64,000 bases of DNA from Candidatus Micrarchaeota archaeon. GTDB lineage: Archaea > Iainarchaeota > Iainarchaeia > Iainarchaeales > JAGVWC01. The DNA is taken from NCBI GenBank assembly GCA_043803815.1, contig JAZDJR010000014.1, positions 32,001-96,000 of the forward strand, read 5' to 3'. The translations under genes were made by a program, and so were the position numbers. Below, in pieces: positions 37,362-47,100 of the stretch; positions within the stretch are counted from its first letter, which is position 1; each line of letters opens with the position of its first letter. Under the pieces are notes generated by a model. It searched no databases and was not told the origin of the DNA. It saw nothing but the letters and a program-made list of their open reading frames with translations.

Positions 37362-37928
37362 TTATTTGAACAGCTTGAATAATTCGTCCATGATGTTTTT
37401 GGCCCCTTTGGCGATTCGCAAGGGAAGGTTTTTGGACTGCAGTTCGCCTTTTTTGGCGGAAGCAAAGTCGCCGAGTTTTCCGCCACTGGCTTTGAATCCT
37501 TTTTCCAAAATATCGGTTTTTGGATACTGGCCTTTGGCGCTTCCGACATCGGTCTTGAGTTCCTCGTAGTTTTCCCTGGCTTTGCGGTAAACTTTTTTTC
37601 CGCCGAAAATCGGGTAAGAAAGCAAAAACAGGGCTATCAATACGCCGCCTAAAATAACCGCCAAAAAAATTTGCTGGACAACCACTAACAGTATGATTCC
37701 GGCGACCAAAAACAGTGGAATCCAGTATTCGTTCTGCAAAAATTCTTTTTGGCCGGTGTGCCAAAAATATCCGGCAAGAAAAAAACCGGACATCCAAAGA
37801 ACCGTTTCCAATGTGGGTTCAAGCCACACGGCCAAAGCGCCGATAACGATTGAAAGCCAATAGGTTTCCGAACTGGCTCCCAGCAGAATCAGAATGCCGG
37901 AAACCACCAGCAAAAACGGGTTGGTCAT
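37362..37928 (-). CDS. Membrane protein (5th of small membrane-protein cluster)
   Basis: Hydrophobic N-terminal half and basic C-terminal tail. Confidence 0.7.
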   Translation of the reverse strand: MTNPFLLVVSGILILLGASSETYWLSIVIGALAVWLEPTLETVLWMSGFFLAGYFWHTGQKEFLQNEYWIPLFLVAGIILLVVVQQIFLAVILGGVLIALFLLSYPIFGGKKVYRKARENYEELKTDVGSAKGQYPKTDILEKGFKASGGKLGDFASAKKGELQSKNLPLRIAKGAKNIMDELFKLFK

Positions 37929-37939
37929 GATTTTCTCCG

Positions 37940-38260
37940 TTAATATCCCGGCGGCGCGCCCATTAGTCCGCTTAAGTCTCCCATTCCTCCGGCTCCGCCG
38001 TACGGGTCGGGTTGCTTGTTTTCTCCGGAAAGCGCCAAGGACAAAATAATGAGCCCGAAAATGATGTACAGCGCATTTTCCTTGATATTGCCCTGAAAAA
38101 CAAACACCAATACAAGGGCCGCAATCACCAATACCAAGGTATTCCAGCCGCGCATGGTTAAAATCATGAGCAGCCCGACGGCAAACGCGAGCCAGTAGGC
38201 GTCATAGGATGCCGCGAGCATGATGATGACTACGCCGGTCAAAAAATTCATGGTGTCCAT
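37940..38260 (-). CDS. Small membrane protein (4th of cluster)
   Basis: Three to four short TM segments and a Gly/Pro/Met tail. Confidence 0.72.
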   Translation of the reverse strand: MDTMNFLTGVVIIMLAASYDAYWLAFAVGLLMILTMRGWNTLVLVIAALVLVFVFQGNIKENALYIIFGLIILSLALSGENKQPDPYGGAGGMGDLSGLMGAPPGY

Positions 38261-38269
38261 ATTTTTGAT

Positions 38270-38512
38270 TCACTTTCCGGGGGATTTGTCCCAGAGTTCT
38301 TTTCCAAAGGTGGCGAATAAAAACAAAAACACGGTGAGCCAGACCAGTTCGCGGTATTGGAATACGGTCAGGTAAACGATGACTGCGGCAAAAATAATGG
38401 CGAGTTTGGAGCTGCCCAAAGAGCCTTTGGCCCAGCCGAACAGCCAGATGAAAAAAAACAGAATTAGGGCGATTTCGACATTGCCCAGCAATGCGTCGGT
38501 GTAAACGTTCAT
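38270..38512 (-). CDS. Small membrane protein (3rd of cluster)
   Basis: MNVYTDALLG...WLFGWAKGSLGSSKLAII; ATG 2 nt after the upstream stop. Confidence 0.72.
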   Translation of the reverse strand: MNVYTDALLGNVEIALILFFFIWLFGWAKGSLGSSKLAIIFAAVIVYLTVFQYRELVWLTVFLFLFATFGKELWDKSPGK

Positions 38513-38514
38513 TT

Positions 38515-38838
38515 TTATTCGCCTTTCCAAAACAAAAATCTTGCAAACCATGTAATAAGGGATGCTCCGCCAAACGCCAGCAGAATGGTGAGCAGGTAAA
38601 AGCCGCTGGCAATAAGGAAGTATTTGAACACGAGAAAATAAATCAGTATCGCGCTGATGATAATGGTGGGCATGCCGTCTCCGATGGAGCCGCGCACGTT
38701 CATAAAAATGGCAAACGACAAAACGATTCCCATGACGATTTGGGCCTGCGGAACCAGGATTAACACGACCATGGAAATGGCCACCAGCACCACGGCAATC
38801 AGGATGTAATACAGCAGTAAGTTTCCGTTTTGGTTCAT
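38515..38838 (-). CDS. Small membrane protein (2nd of cluster)
   Basis: 107 aa, about four TM helices. Confidence 0.72.
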   Translation of the reverse strand: MNQNGNLLLYYILIAVVLVAISMVVLILVPQAQIVMGIVLSFAIFMNVRGSIGDGMPTIIISAILIYFLVFKYFLIASGFYLLTILLAFGGASLITWFARFLFWKGE

Positions 38839-39016
38839 TTTTCTCACATTCCATTTATTTTTTTTGAATCGTTTGCTTGATTTTTTTAATCTTTTTTTGG
38901 CCGGTTTTCGGATTTATTGATTTTGTTTTTCGGCTGTTTCGTTGAATTTATTCTTTTTGATTTTTTTATCGGTTTTTCATGTTATTTTATTCTTTTTTTT
39001 GGTTAATCGTTTTGAT

Positions 39017-39415
39017 TTAGCCCGGCGGCGGCGCGCGGGGCGGGTGTCCTCCTCCGCCGTGCGGGGCTTTGTGCAATATGTCTTGCCGTGCCTTGGCGTC
39101 CATGCTGTTGGGGCCTTCCATTTCTCCGCCTTTGACGTGGCGCGCCTGAAGCGGCGTTGACATGAAGAAAAAATCAATCAAAAAGCCCACAAAGCCAAGG
39201 GCCAAAACCATATACAAAATGTAAACCGGCCCGAATATTTTCCACGAATCAAAAATCACAAAATAGGCGAGTATGGCCATGACAATCCAGGCCATGGGAC
39301 CCTTGCCCAGATGGTTGAGCACAAAGGACATTATCATGACTAAAACGAGAATTTTGAGGATAATGTTGAAATCCTGGAACATCTGGAATAATTGCATGCC
39401 GGTAATGGGGTTCAT
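39017..39415 (-). CDS. Small membrane protein (1st of cluster)
   Basis: Three TM helices with SFVLNHLGKGP loop and a Pro/Gly tail. Confidence 0.72.
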   Translation of the reverse strand: MNPITGMQLFQMFQDFNIILKILVLVMIMSFVLNHLGKGPMAWIVMAILAYFVIFDSWKIFGPVYILYMVLALGFVGFLIDFFFMSTPLQARHVKGGEMEGPNSMDAKARQDILHKAPHGGGGHPPRAPPPG

Positions 39416-39512
39416 ACGGCAGATTAGGTTTTTAGGAAAATAAAAGGTTTTTGGGGTCGATTGACGAAATCGGGCGGGTTTTTTAATCCCTTTTGCTCTA
39501 TAGTGATTTAGT

Positions 39513-39704
39513 ATGTCGGAATACGACTTTTACCTCAAAAACGACCTAACCCGGTTTAGCGGAGAATGGGTGGCCATTTTCGGCGAAAAAGTAGTCGGTC
39601 ACAATAAGAGCTTTAAGGAAGTCGCCGAAATGACGGACCGCGAGTTTCCGGGAAAAAAAGTCTTAATTGCACGTGTTCCAGAACCGATTGCGCAGTTGTT
39701 GTAA
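39513..39704 (+). CDS. DUF5678-family protein
   Basis: FSGEWVAIFGEKVVGHNKSFKEV...FPGKKVLIARVP. Confidence 0.8.
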   Translation: MSEYDFYLKNDLTRFSGEWVAIFGEKVVGHNKSFKEVAEMTDREFPGKKVLIARVPEPIAQLL

Positions 39705-39705
39705 T

Positions 39706-40125
39706 ATGTCTTTTTTGTTTCGTTTCCGAAAAGACCGCGTTGAAGACGGATGGGTATCTCGGCCCAAAATCAAAATTACGCTGATTCACCAAAACAAAAG
39801 CAAGGAAGTCATCGCCGTTTTGGACACCGGTTCGGACCTTGTTTTTATTCCGGCAGAAATCGCGGAATATTTTGATTTGGCGCTTTCCGAAAAGGAATTA
39901 ATTGCGCAAGGCATTGAGACGAATTTTTCCTACAAAACCGCCAAAATTCAAATCAAGCTGGAAAACCCGCATAATTCCTACAAAAAATCGGTTTCCGTCA
40001 TGGTTCCCGCCAAAGAAACCATGCACCGCGACGTTATTTTGGGTTCGGAATTCCTGAAAGACTTCTCGGTTCTGTTTGATTACCCGAACGAAACCGTAAA
40101 ACTGACCCAAAAAACAAAAAAATAG
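39706..40125 (+). CDS. Retropepsin-like (clan AA) aspartyl protease
   Basis: RPKIKITL, AVLDTGSD and VILGSEFL; starts 1 nt after the DUF5678 stop. Confidence 0.85.
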   Translation: MSFLFRFRKDRVEDGWVSRPKIKITLIHQNKSKEVIAVLDTGSDLVFIPAEIAEYFDLALSEKELIAQGIETNFSYKTAKIQIKLENPHNSYKKSVSVMVPAKETMHRDVILGSEFLKDFSVLFDYPNETVKLTQKTKK

Positions 40126-40135
40126 AATGGAAAAT

Positions 40136-40222
40136 GCGCGTACTGAGAATCCAAGGCGGATTGAATTCCTAGCTTGTCCAACCGGACTAAAACCGGCCAA
40201 ACGCCCTAGCACCAGCACACTC
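40136..40222 (-). ncRNA. Candidate ~87-nt structured non-coding RNA
   Basis: Terminal stem GTGTGCTG/CAGTACGC, internal 10-bp hairpin rich in G:U pairs and a second hairpin. TTTATA box at 40249-40244; T-rich tract downstream. Confidence 0.6.
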
Positions 40223-40310
40223 AAAATATTGCATTCGATAAACTATAAATAAGTATGCTTTCGGTTAATTGCCGAAAACCGTTAGGATCACCGTTATATT
40301 TTGCCTATTA

Positions 40311-41126
40311 TTACGCTCTGCTTAGGGTGTGCTGCCGTGGTCGCAAACGCGTTTTTGTTTTCGCAGCAGGTTCCTCAACTTTAAATTTTTGCCGTATGGC
40401 TCGCATTTGTCCTAATCGAAGCCAAATCGCCTGTGCTTGCAAGTTCTCCCGCCAAAATCGAAGCCCTTTTTTGGTAATGCCTCCGTTGGATTCCAAGTAT
40501 CCGTTCTGAACCATTTGTTTTTCCCAAATTGGAACTTGCAGGGCATCCATTTTTTTCGGAGGGCTAACCCATAATAAAAGTATGGCGTCTTCGCCGTGTT
40601 TTTCAAATAAGTTTCGGACCCGACTTTGCCGCTTTACTGTCTGAATAAAACTTGGCAATAATGTGCTCAGTAAAGCAAGTCCTCTAATCGGATACCCATA
40701 TTTTATTGCAGAAAGCGCGAGACCGGCAACCGTGACTCTGGGTAATGCGGTAAAACCCTGACTATAATTGGCCAATGCTTCCAAATAGAGATTATTATTT
40801 GGATTAGCATTCGTGGGTTCGAGCCATTGAACCGCTTTTTTTTGGAACGCGTATTTTTTTTTCAAGCGCCCGATGCGGCTTTTACTATTAACTGATTTTA
40901 ATCCGGGAACAAACTCTTGGGGTCTGGAAAGTATTTGCAATCCGTGGCGGTACTCATGTGACAATACTGATTCATTTCGTATGCTTCGAACGGAGTGAGT
41001 GCTTATATTATAATTTGGGTCCGTATTGGAACGGTCAATAATTGGTTTCAATTCCGATATGGGAATTCCGGTAATTTGAGAAAATCGCTTAAACAGGCGT
41101 TCCGTGCTAAATGTGCGTTTTTGCAT
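40311..41126 (-). CDS. Hypothetical basic protein with HExxH motif
   Basis: SVLSHEYRHGLQ plus downstream LYLEALA; one hydrophobic hairpin. Confidence 0.65.
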   Translation of the reverse strand: MQKRTFSTERLFKRFSQITGIPISELKPIIDRSNTDPNYNISTHSVRSIRNESVLSHEYRHGLQILSRPQEFVPGLKSVNSKSRIGRLKKKYAFQKKAVQWLEPTNANPNNNLYLEALANYSQGFTALPRVTVAGLALSAIKYGYPIRGLALLSTLLPSFIQTVKRQSRVRNLFEKHGEDAILLLWVSPPKKMDALQVPIWEKQMVQNGYLESNGGITKKGLRFWRENLQAQAIWLRLGQMRAIRQKFKVEEPAAKTKTRLRPRQHTLSRA

Positions 41127-41131
41127 AACCG

Positions 41132-44100
41132 TTATTGGATGCACGCGTTTTGCGCATTTTCGGTTTCTTGTTGCAGGGTGTCCAGGACTATTTTGGGGTT
41201 CCAGAAAAAGTCGGTTTTTTGGGTGTTGCCAAGGCCGTTTACGCAGACGACTCCGTCTTTGACCAGTTGCAGCACATCTTCGACGGTTTGGATGGGGTTA
41301 TCTTTGGAATCTTTGGATAAGCCGGATACTCCGTTGAGTTCAAGGGATGTTCCGCGCGTGTTTGCTCCGATTAGTTCCGCGTCGTCGCGGCTTTCGGTTT
41401 TGGCGAGAGTCGAGATGCTTTTGACCGGAGTGTAAAACACGGACTGCAAAAACACGGTTCCGCTTTTGTCTTTTTGGCACCATTCCAAGCCGTAAGAATT
41501 ATTGGCGCGGCTGGCGCAGCTGGAAGTTCCGCTGGGTCTATCGGGGTATTCCTGATAGGTGTCCATTCCGTTGCCGAAAAAGTCCTGGCATTTTCCGACT
41601 CCGTTCCATTTGGCCAAAGAGCTGAAATTGGATTGTTTTTGGCCGTCGACTTCCAAATTGTAAAACACGAATGCGTCGCGCTTGTTGTCGTTGGTTAATT
41701 TTACGAGTACGGGGCTTGCAAGGCTTGGGGCCAGGTCCAGTTCGTTTTTGCCAAGGTCAATGGACAATACCTGTCCGCGCTTGTCGATGTTAAGCGTTTT
41801 GAAGTCCGTAATTGTTTGGTTTTTGAGTGTAAGTACGGGGTTGCTTCCGACAATGTTGTTTAAGCGTACGCTTTGCTCCGTGCTTTGGTTTAAGACAACC
41901 GTGTCTTCGGGGGATAATAATTCGTAGTTGAGCCCGTAGCCGGTTCGGCCGCTGTCGATTCCGATTTGGCCGTCAAACGGCAGGTAATAAAACGGGCTGG
42001 AAGGCTTGGCGTCCTTGGTTTTTTCCATAGTGACAATAATTTTGGCGGCCGGCTGGTGGTTTTTGAACCAGGTGAACGATTTGTCCGAAAAATTCGCGTC
42101 TACCAAAATTTTGTAGCTTCCGGGTCCGAGCAGCGGATTGACCGGCGCTCCCAAATAATCGAATGTGAAAGCGCTCGGGTCGGAGAAGTATTGTCCGAGG
42201 CCGTCCTGCTCTGAATAATATTGCGGGGTTTGGAACAGGGTTTTGGTGAGCGCGTAATTGTGAAAGTCGTTTCGAAAGTCCGCGCTGTAGCCGTCCTTTA
42301 TTAAAGTGGCTTCGAAGTTCACGAGTTTTAGGACTTGTTCTTTGGTCAGGCCGCTCGGATAAGCAATGGTTTTGTTTTGGCGTTCGGTTGCGGTGATAAA
42401 ACTTTCCAGGCGCGAAGTGGAAACCGGATCGCAGACCAAAATTCCGCTGTCAAGGCCGATTCGTGTTTCTTTGGCAATCGAATCGTTAATCGCGGAGCTG
42501 TTTTGGCAGTCAACGCAGTCGGCGATTCCGGTAATGGCCGAATGCAGCGTATACGTTCCGGAAGCGATATTGGAAATGGTACATCCGACGGTTTCGTGCG
42601 ACAAAACTGTTGCGGTATTGGTGCAGGTTTGGAGCGCTTGGCCGGAATTCTTGTCGGAAATCGTTGTAGTGACAGTGGCTGTTAGCAATCGCTGGTTATT
42701 GGATTCAATGGTCGTGACTACATTGATGTCGGCTCCGCTTTTTTTGGTTTCAATTCCCGTAAGGCCGACATCGAGTGCTGTTGTGGACAAGTCTTGGCGG
42801 ATTGCCGGTTCGGTTCCGATTAATGGCGGGCATTCGAGTCCGTTTGAATTGGCTTCCAAAAATTCGCGCAGGGATTGCAGTTTTTGCAGCAAGGCAATGC
42901 TGAATTGCGTGGCGTCGCAATAAATGTGGCTTGGGTTGTCCGAGTCGCAGGAATCGGCTTTGATGTCGGTCCAGTTCCACGAAAATTTTACTTTGGGAAC
43001 CGCGTTGGCACCCGTGCTTCCGGTGAGTGCGCCGATTTGGCAGTTTCCGATTTCGTTTGAACCAAGCGTATTATTCAGGTCGGCTTGGTAAGAATTAAGC
43101 TGGATGTGAAATTTGGCGTCGATATTCTGGCTTTGGGCTTCGCGTAATTGGGTTGGAACTTCTTTTTTGTAGGCTTGGTCGGGATTGTAAAAATGCCGGG
43201 TTCCTTTGACATCCATAACCGCGTAAAACGGCGAGTATTGGTCGGGTTGGAGCAAATTGCCCGTATTTTCGATTTTCAGATAAGCGGTTTCGGTTTGCAG
43301 GGCTTGGTTGTCCAAACGAGGGCTAAAAGTAGGCCTTCGGTACTCGCTTAATGCGGCTCCATCAAAGGGAACATTGGTTTGCGTGCCTGGAGTTTGGATT
43401 AAAAAGAACGCCTGGCGGTTATAAGGCAAAATGGAGTCTAATAGTCCGCCGATGGCTTGTCCGATGCCGCCCAAACCGCTATTTTGGCCTAAAATTCCGC
43501 CATTCGAACTTCCGCCGCCCAGTCCCGAGGGCAATCCGTTTCCGCCAAAGGAAAATCCGAATCCAAATAATCCGCCGCCAAGTTCCAAGTCTTTTTGAAC
43601 AAGCAATAATCGGACATCTTCCTGCGCGGAATATGCCTGCAAGGTTCCGGCCGCGTACATCATCATGGCCATGCTAAACGGGTCGTTTCCGCCGCCTGCT
43701 ACCGTAACTGCGGCGGTAATGGTTTGCAGGTCGGCAAGTTCGCTCGCGTCTTTTTCGCGTGCTTTGTCAATCTGCGCGTTTCCGGTGTGCTCGATTTCAA
43801 CATCGGAAGAACCCATGGGCAGTCCAATCAATCCGGTATTGGAAATCGGCAAGTTGGATGTTTTTGCAGGTCTGGCTGTGGGCAGTATGGTTCCGCCCGG
43901 AGCGGTTGTGCCATTTGGAGTTCCTGAAGCGGGATTATTGGTTCCGGAATTGAGGAGTTCGTAATATCCTTGTGGATTATAACCAACTTGGGTATATACG
44001 CCGCCGTTTTGGGTATAATAAAAATTGCTGCCGCTCGCGCCAATTGTATTGTTCATGATAAGCGGTTGTTGGACTAATTGGCCGTTGGAAAGTTTGACCA

Positions 44101-47100
44101 TGGCCATTCCTTTGCAGGTGTAATTGGGGTCTAGATTTCCGCAGGGAGAAGCGGGTACAACCGTGCTTGAAGAACCGCTTTTTTCATTGTTATCTTTTGA
44201 ATCTTTGTCCGGACTGTCGCTTTTGAGTTTTTCCGCCAGGTTTCCGTTGAATACCTGCTGCATCATGCCGATCATGAGTCCCATGGCCGCGGCTTTTTTG
44301 CCCGCTTTTTGCGCTTCCTTAAACGAATGCTTGTCAACCATTATGGGAACCGGCTTGTCCAGGCAAAAATTAAACGCGCGCGTCGTGTCGATTCCCTGGG
44401 ATTGGTTTCCCTTGAAAATATTAAATTCGAATTTGTTGATTTGAATGCAGTCCTGCGGATTCGTGTGAATCACGACGGGAATATTTTTGATTGGTTTTGG
44501 CGTTCGGATATCGCTGGACTGGATGTACACCTTGACGCCGTATTGCCCCGGATAATTGTCCTCGCCCATTACGACGATTTGGTCGCTTTCGTCGTCGGCC
44601 TTAAGCTGAATTTGCTGCACGTTCATGTTAAGCGGCGACTCAAAAGTAATCGTGACGGGTCCGCCGCATTTGGTGGTTTTGATTTTGAACGAATCCTGCA
44701 CCGGTGCCGCCATTCCGCCTGCGGCCAATGGCAATACTTGTTGGCCGGTAAGTGGGGTTGTAGAAGCCGTGCTTGCGGTGTTAGCCGTTCCGGTTGTTGC
44801 GCTTAAAACTCCCGAATTGGTAGTGCCGTTAGAGCCAAATGTGCCGTAGCCGTTGTTGGTTTGGCCGTATCCGGCATAACCGGAAGGGTATGCTCCGTAG
44901 GGACTGTCGGCTTGCGAATAAGCTAGTGATGGGGCAAATCCGGGTCCGATTCCGCCGCCAAATCCGCCTGGTGAACCGTATCCGCTGCCGTAACCTCCGA
45001 TTCCGCCGTATCCTCCGATTCCGCTCAGGCCGCTTGCTCCGCCGAATCCGCCGTAACCGCCGGCTAATCCGCCGAAGCTTCCCTGTCCGACGTTTTCAAA
45101 GTCGCCGTTTAATATTTGCTGGTTGTAGCTTTGGCCGAATCCGTTTAAGCGCGGCGCAAAAATATTTTGAGTAACCATTTCAAGCTGTTCTTTGCTGAAC
45201 GCCACGCATTCTTTAAGATTAATCACTTCAATGGAAGCGGATAGGGATGCCTTGACGATTTGGGGTTTTGCGTCTGTTGGATGACTGGCCTGAAATTGAA
45301 TTATAGCCTGGGCAATGTCAAATATTCCGCCGCTTGGGGTAAATGTCAATTTGGCGTGGCTTTTTTCTTCCGAGGCCATGGCGGGCAAAATTGTTTTGAA
45401 AAATCCTGTGCGCAAAGTAGAGCCGCCGGAACTCGTCACGATATCAAAGTCTCCTGCGCGGTTGGATTGCCATTCGATTTTGGCTTCGATTTCCTGCAAA
45501 GCAACGGGTGTTCCGCCAACCGAACAATTATTTTCAATGTCAAATTCCACAAAAACGGGTTTTCCTTCGGTCGAGGTTTTCCATTCGGATTTGGATACTG
45601 ACAAACAAGCGGGGTCGTCTAGTTCTCCGCCGATTCCGATATTAATCGCAACGGGAATGTCAAATGCCCACGCATGGCCGAAGTTTTCAAGTTCAATGTC
45701 AATGTTTCCGGTTATATCGACGGGTTCGCTGACTTGGTTTCCAAGTTCGCTAAGCTGCATCGTAATCGGGAATTGCTTGGTTTCGCCAGCCTTGATTTCG
45801 TTTTGGCTGTACAAGCCAAGTGAATTGGAAAGAGCGGTTTCGTCGATTAATCCGTAAAATTTTCCCGTCATCTGGATTTTGCGGACAAACAATGAAAACA
45901 GGGTTTTGTTTTCGACGTCGACTGTTTTTTGCTCGGTTTTTTTGGTGTTCGCGTTAAATCCGAATCCAAGCTGGGTTGGCCGCACTACGGCAACATCCCC
46001 GCTGACGGACAGGTCTTTTTGGGCGGGTTTGTAATCGGTTTTTTCGGCTTTAACCACAAGTTTTTCTCCGGGAAGCTGGCTTGGCAAAGTGATTATCGCG
46101 TTTCCTTGGCTGTTGGTTGTGCTTGTCAATAAGCTTCGTTCAAAGCGGTCCAAAACCGTGACTACCGCCCGGTCCAATGGCTCGCCGGTTGCGGAATCTG
46201 TTACATTAACGGTAACTTCGTTTTCAATTCCCGCGGGCAACAAGTCCGGAGTAACGGTCAATGAAAGTTCTTTTTCGCTTGGAATGCGGAACAATAATTC
46301 GCCTTCGAAAACGATTTTGCTTTGGTCCTTGTCCACGATTTGGATAAACAAGGAGGAGTCAACCGCTTTTTTCGGGGTGAACGAAATTGTTCCAGAGATG
46401 TGGCGCTGGGGAGAAAAATCGCCGATGTCAATATGCGGCAATTCGTATCCTTTGAGTGTTCCGCTGACGGGCTGCGAACCCGTTGAAAATGCGGTCTGAA
46501 TTGTATACGCGCTCATTTCCAAGGACTCGGGCTTGTTTTTCACGCGCAATTCCGCGTTCTTAAACGAGTCGACGTCTTTACCGGAAACGTTCGCGAGTGA
46601 AAACGACAAAACGTAATTCTTGAATAACTGGGCGTCAAAAGAATTGTTGTTCGCGGGCAAGTTGAGTTCTTCGTTGACATCGCGGATACTGGCTTCAAAG
46701 CAAAACCTGTCGTCGCACAGGGTTCCCGAGCCCACGACAAAACTCGCAAGTTTGGCGTCCGAATACAAATCGTTGGCCGAACCGCTGTTGTCCACAGGGT
46801 CGCGAACGATTGTTCCGCCTTTTTTGGTCCAGCCGCGGTAATACACTGTCAACTGGTCCCCCAAGCTTGCGGCTTCCTTGATGTGAATGGGCGCCTCGAC
46901 CAGATAAACGCTTGCGCGCGGCTGTTTCCAAACAATGTTGGCCCATTTGGCATTTGCGTTTGTCGCTTGTCCGATATCCACGGTGTAATTTCCGGTAAAA
47001 GAAGTGGATTTCAAAATATTGGATTGCGGCGCATTCGCGCTTTTGATAAACAGCAGGTCTTTTTCCATAATGGTGTCTTTTCCCGTACGAATGTGCAGTC

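Noticed and set aside
40136-40222. Ochre (UUA) suppressor tRNA or tRNA-Sec/Pyl
   Set aside because: No canonical D- and T-arms can be formed, and TAA is used as a normal stop throughout the window. Kept only as an unclassified ncRNA candidate.
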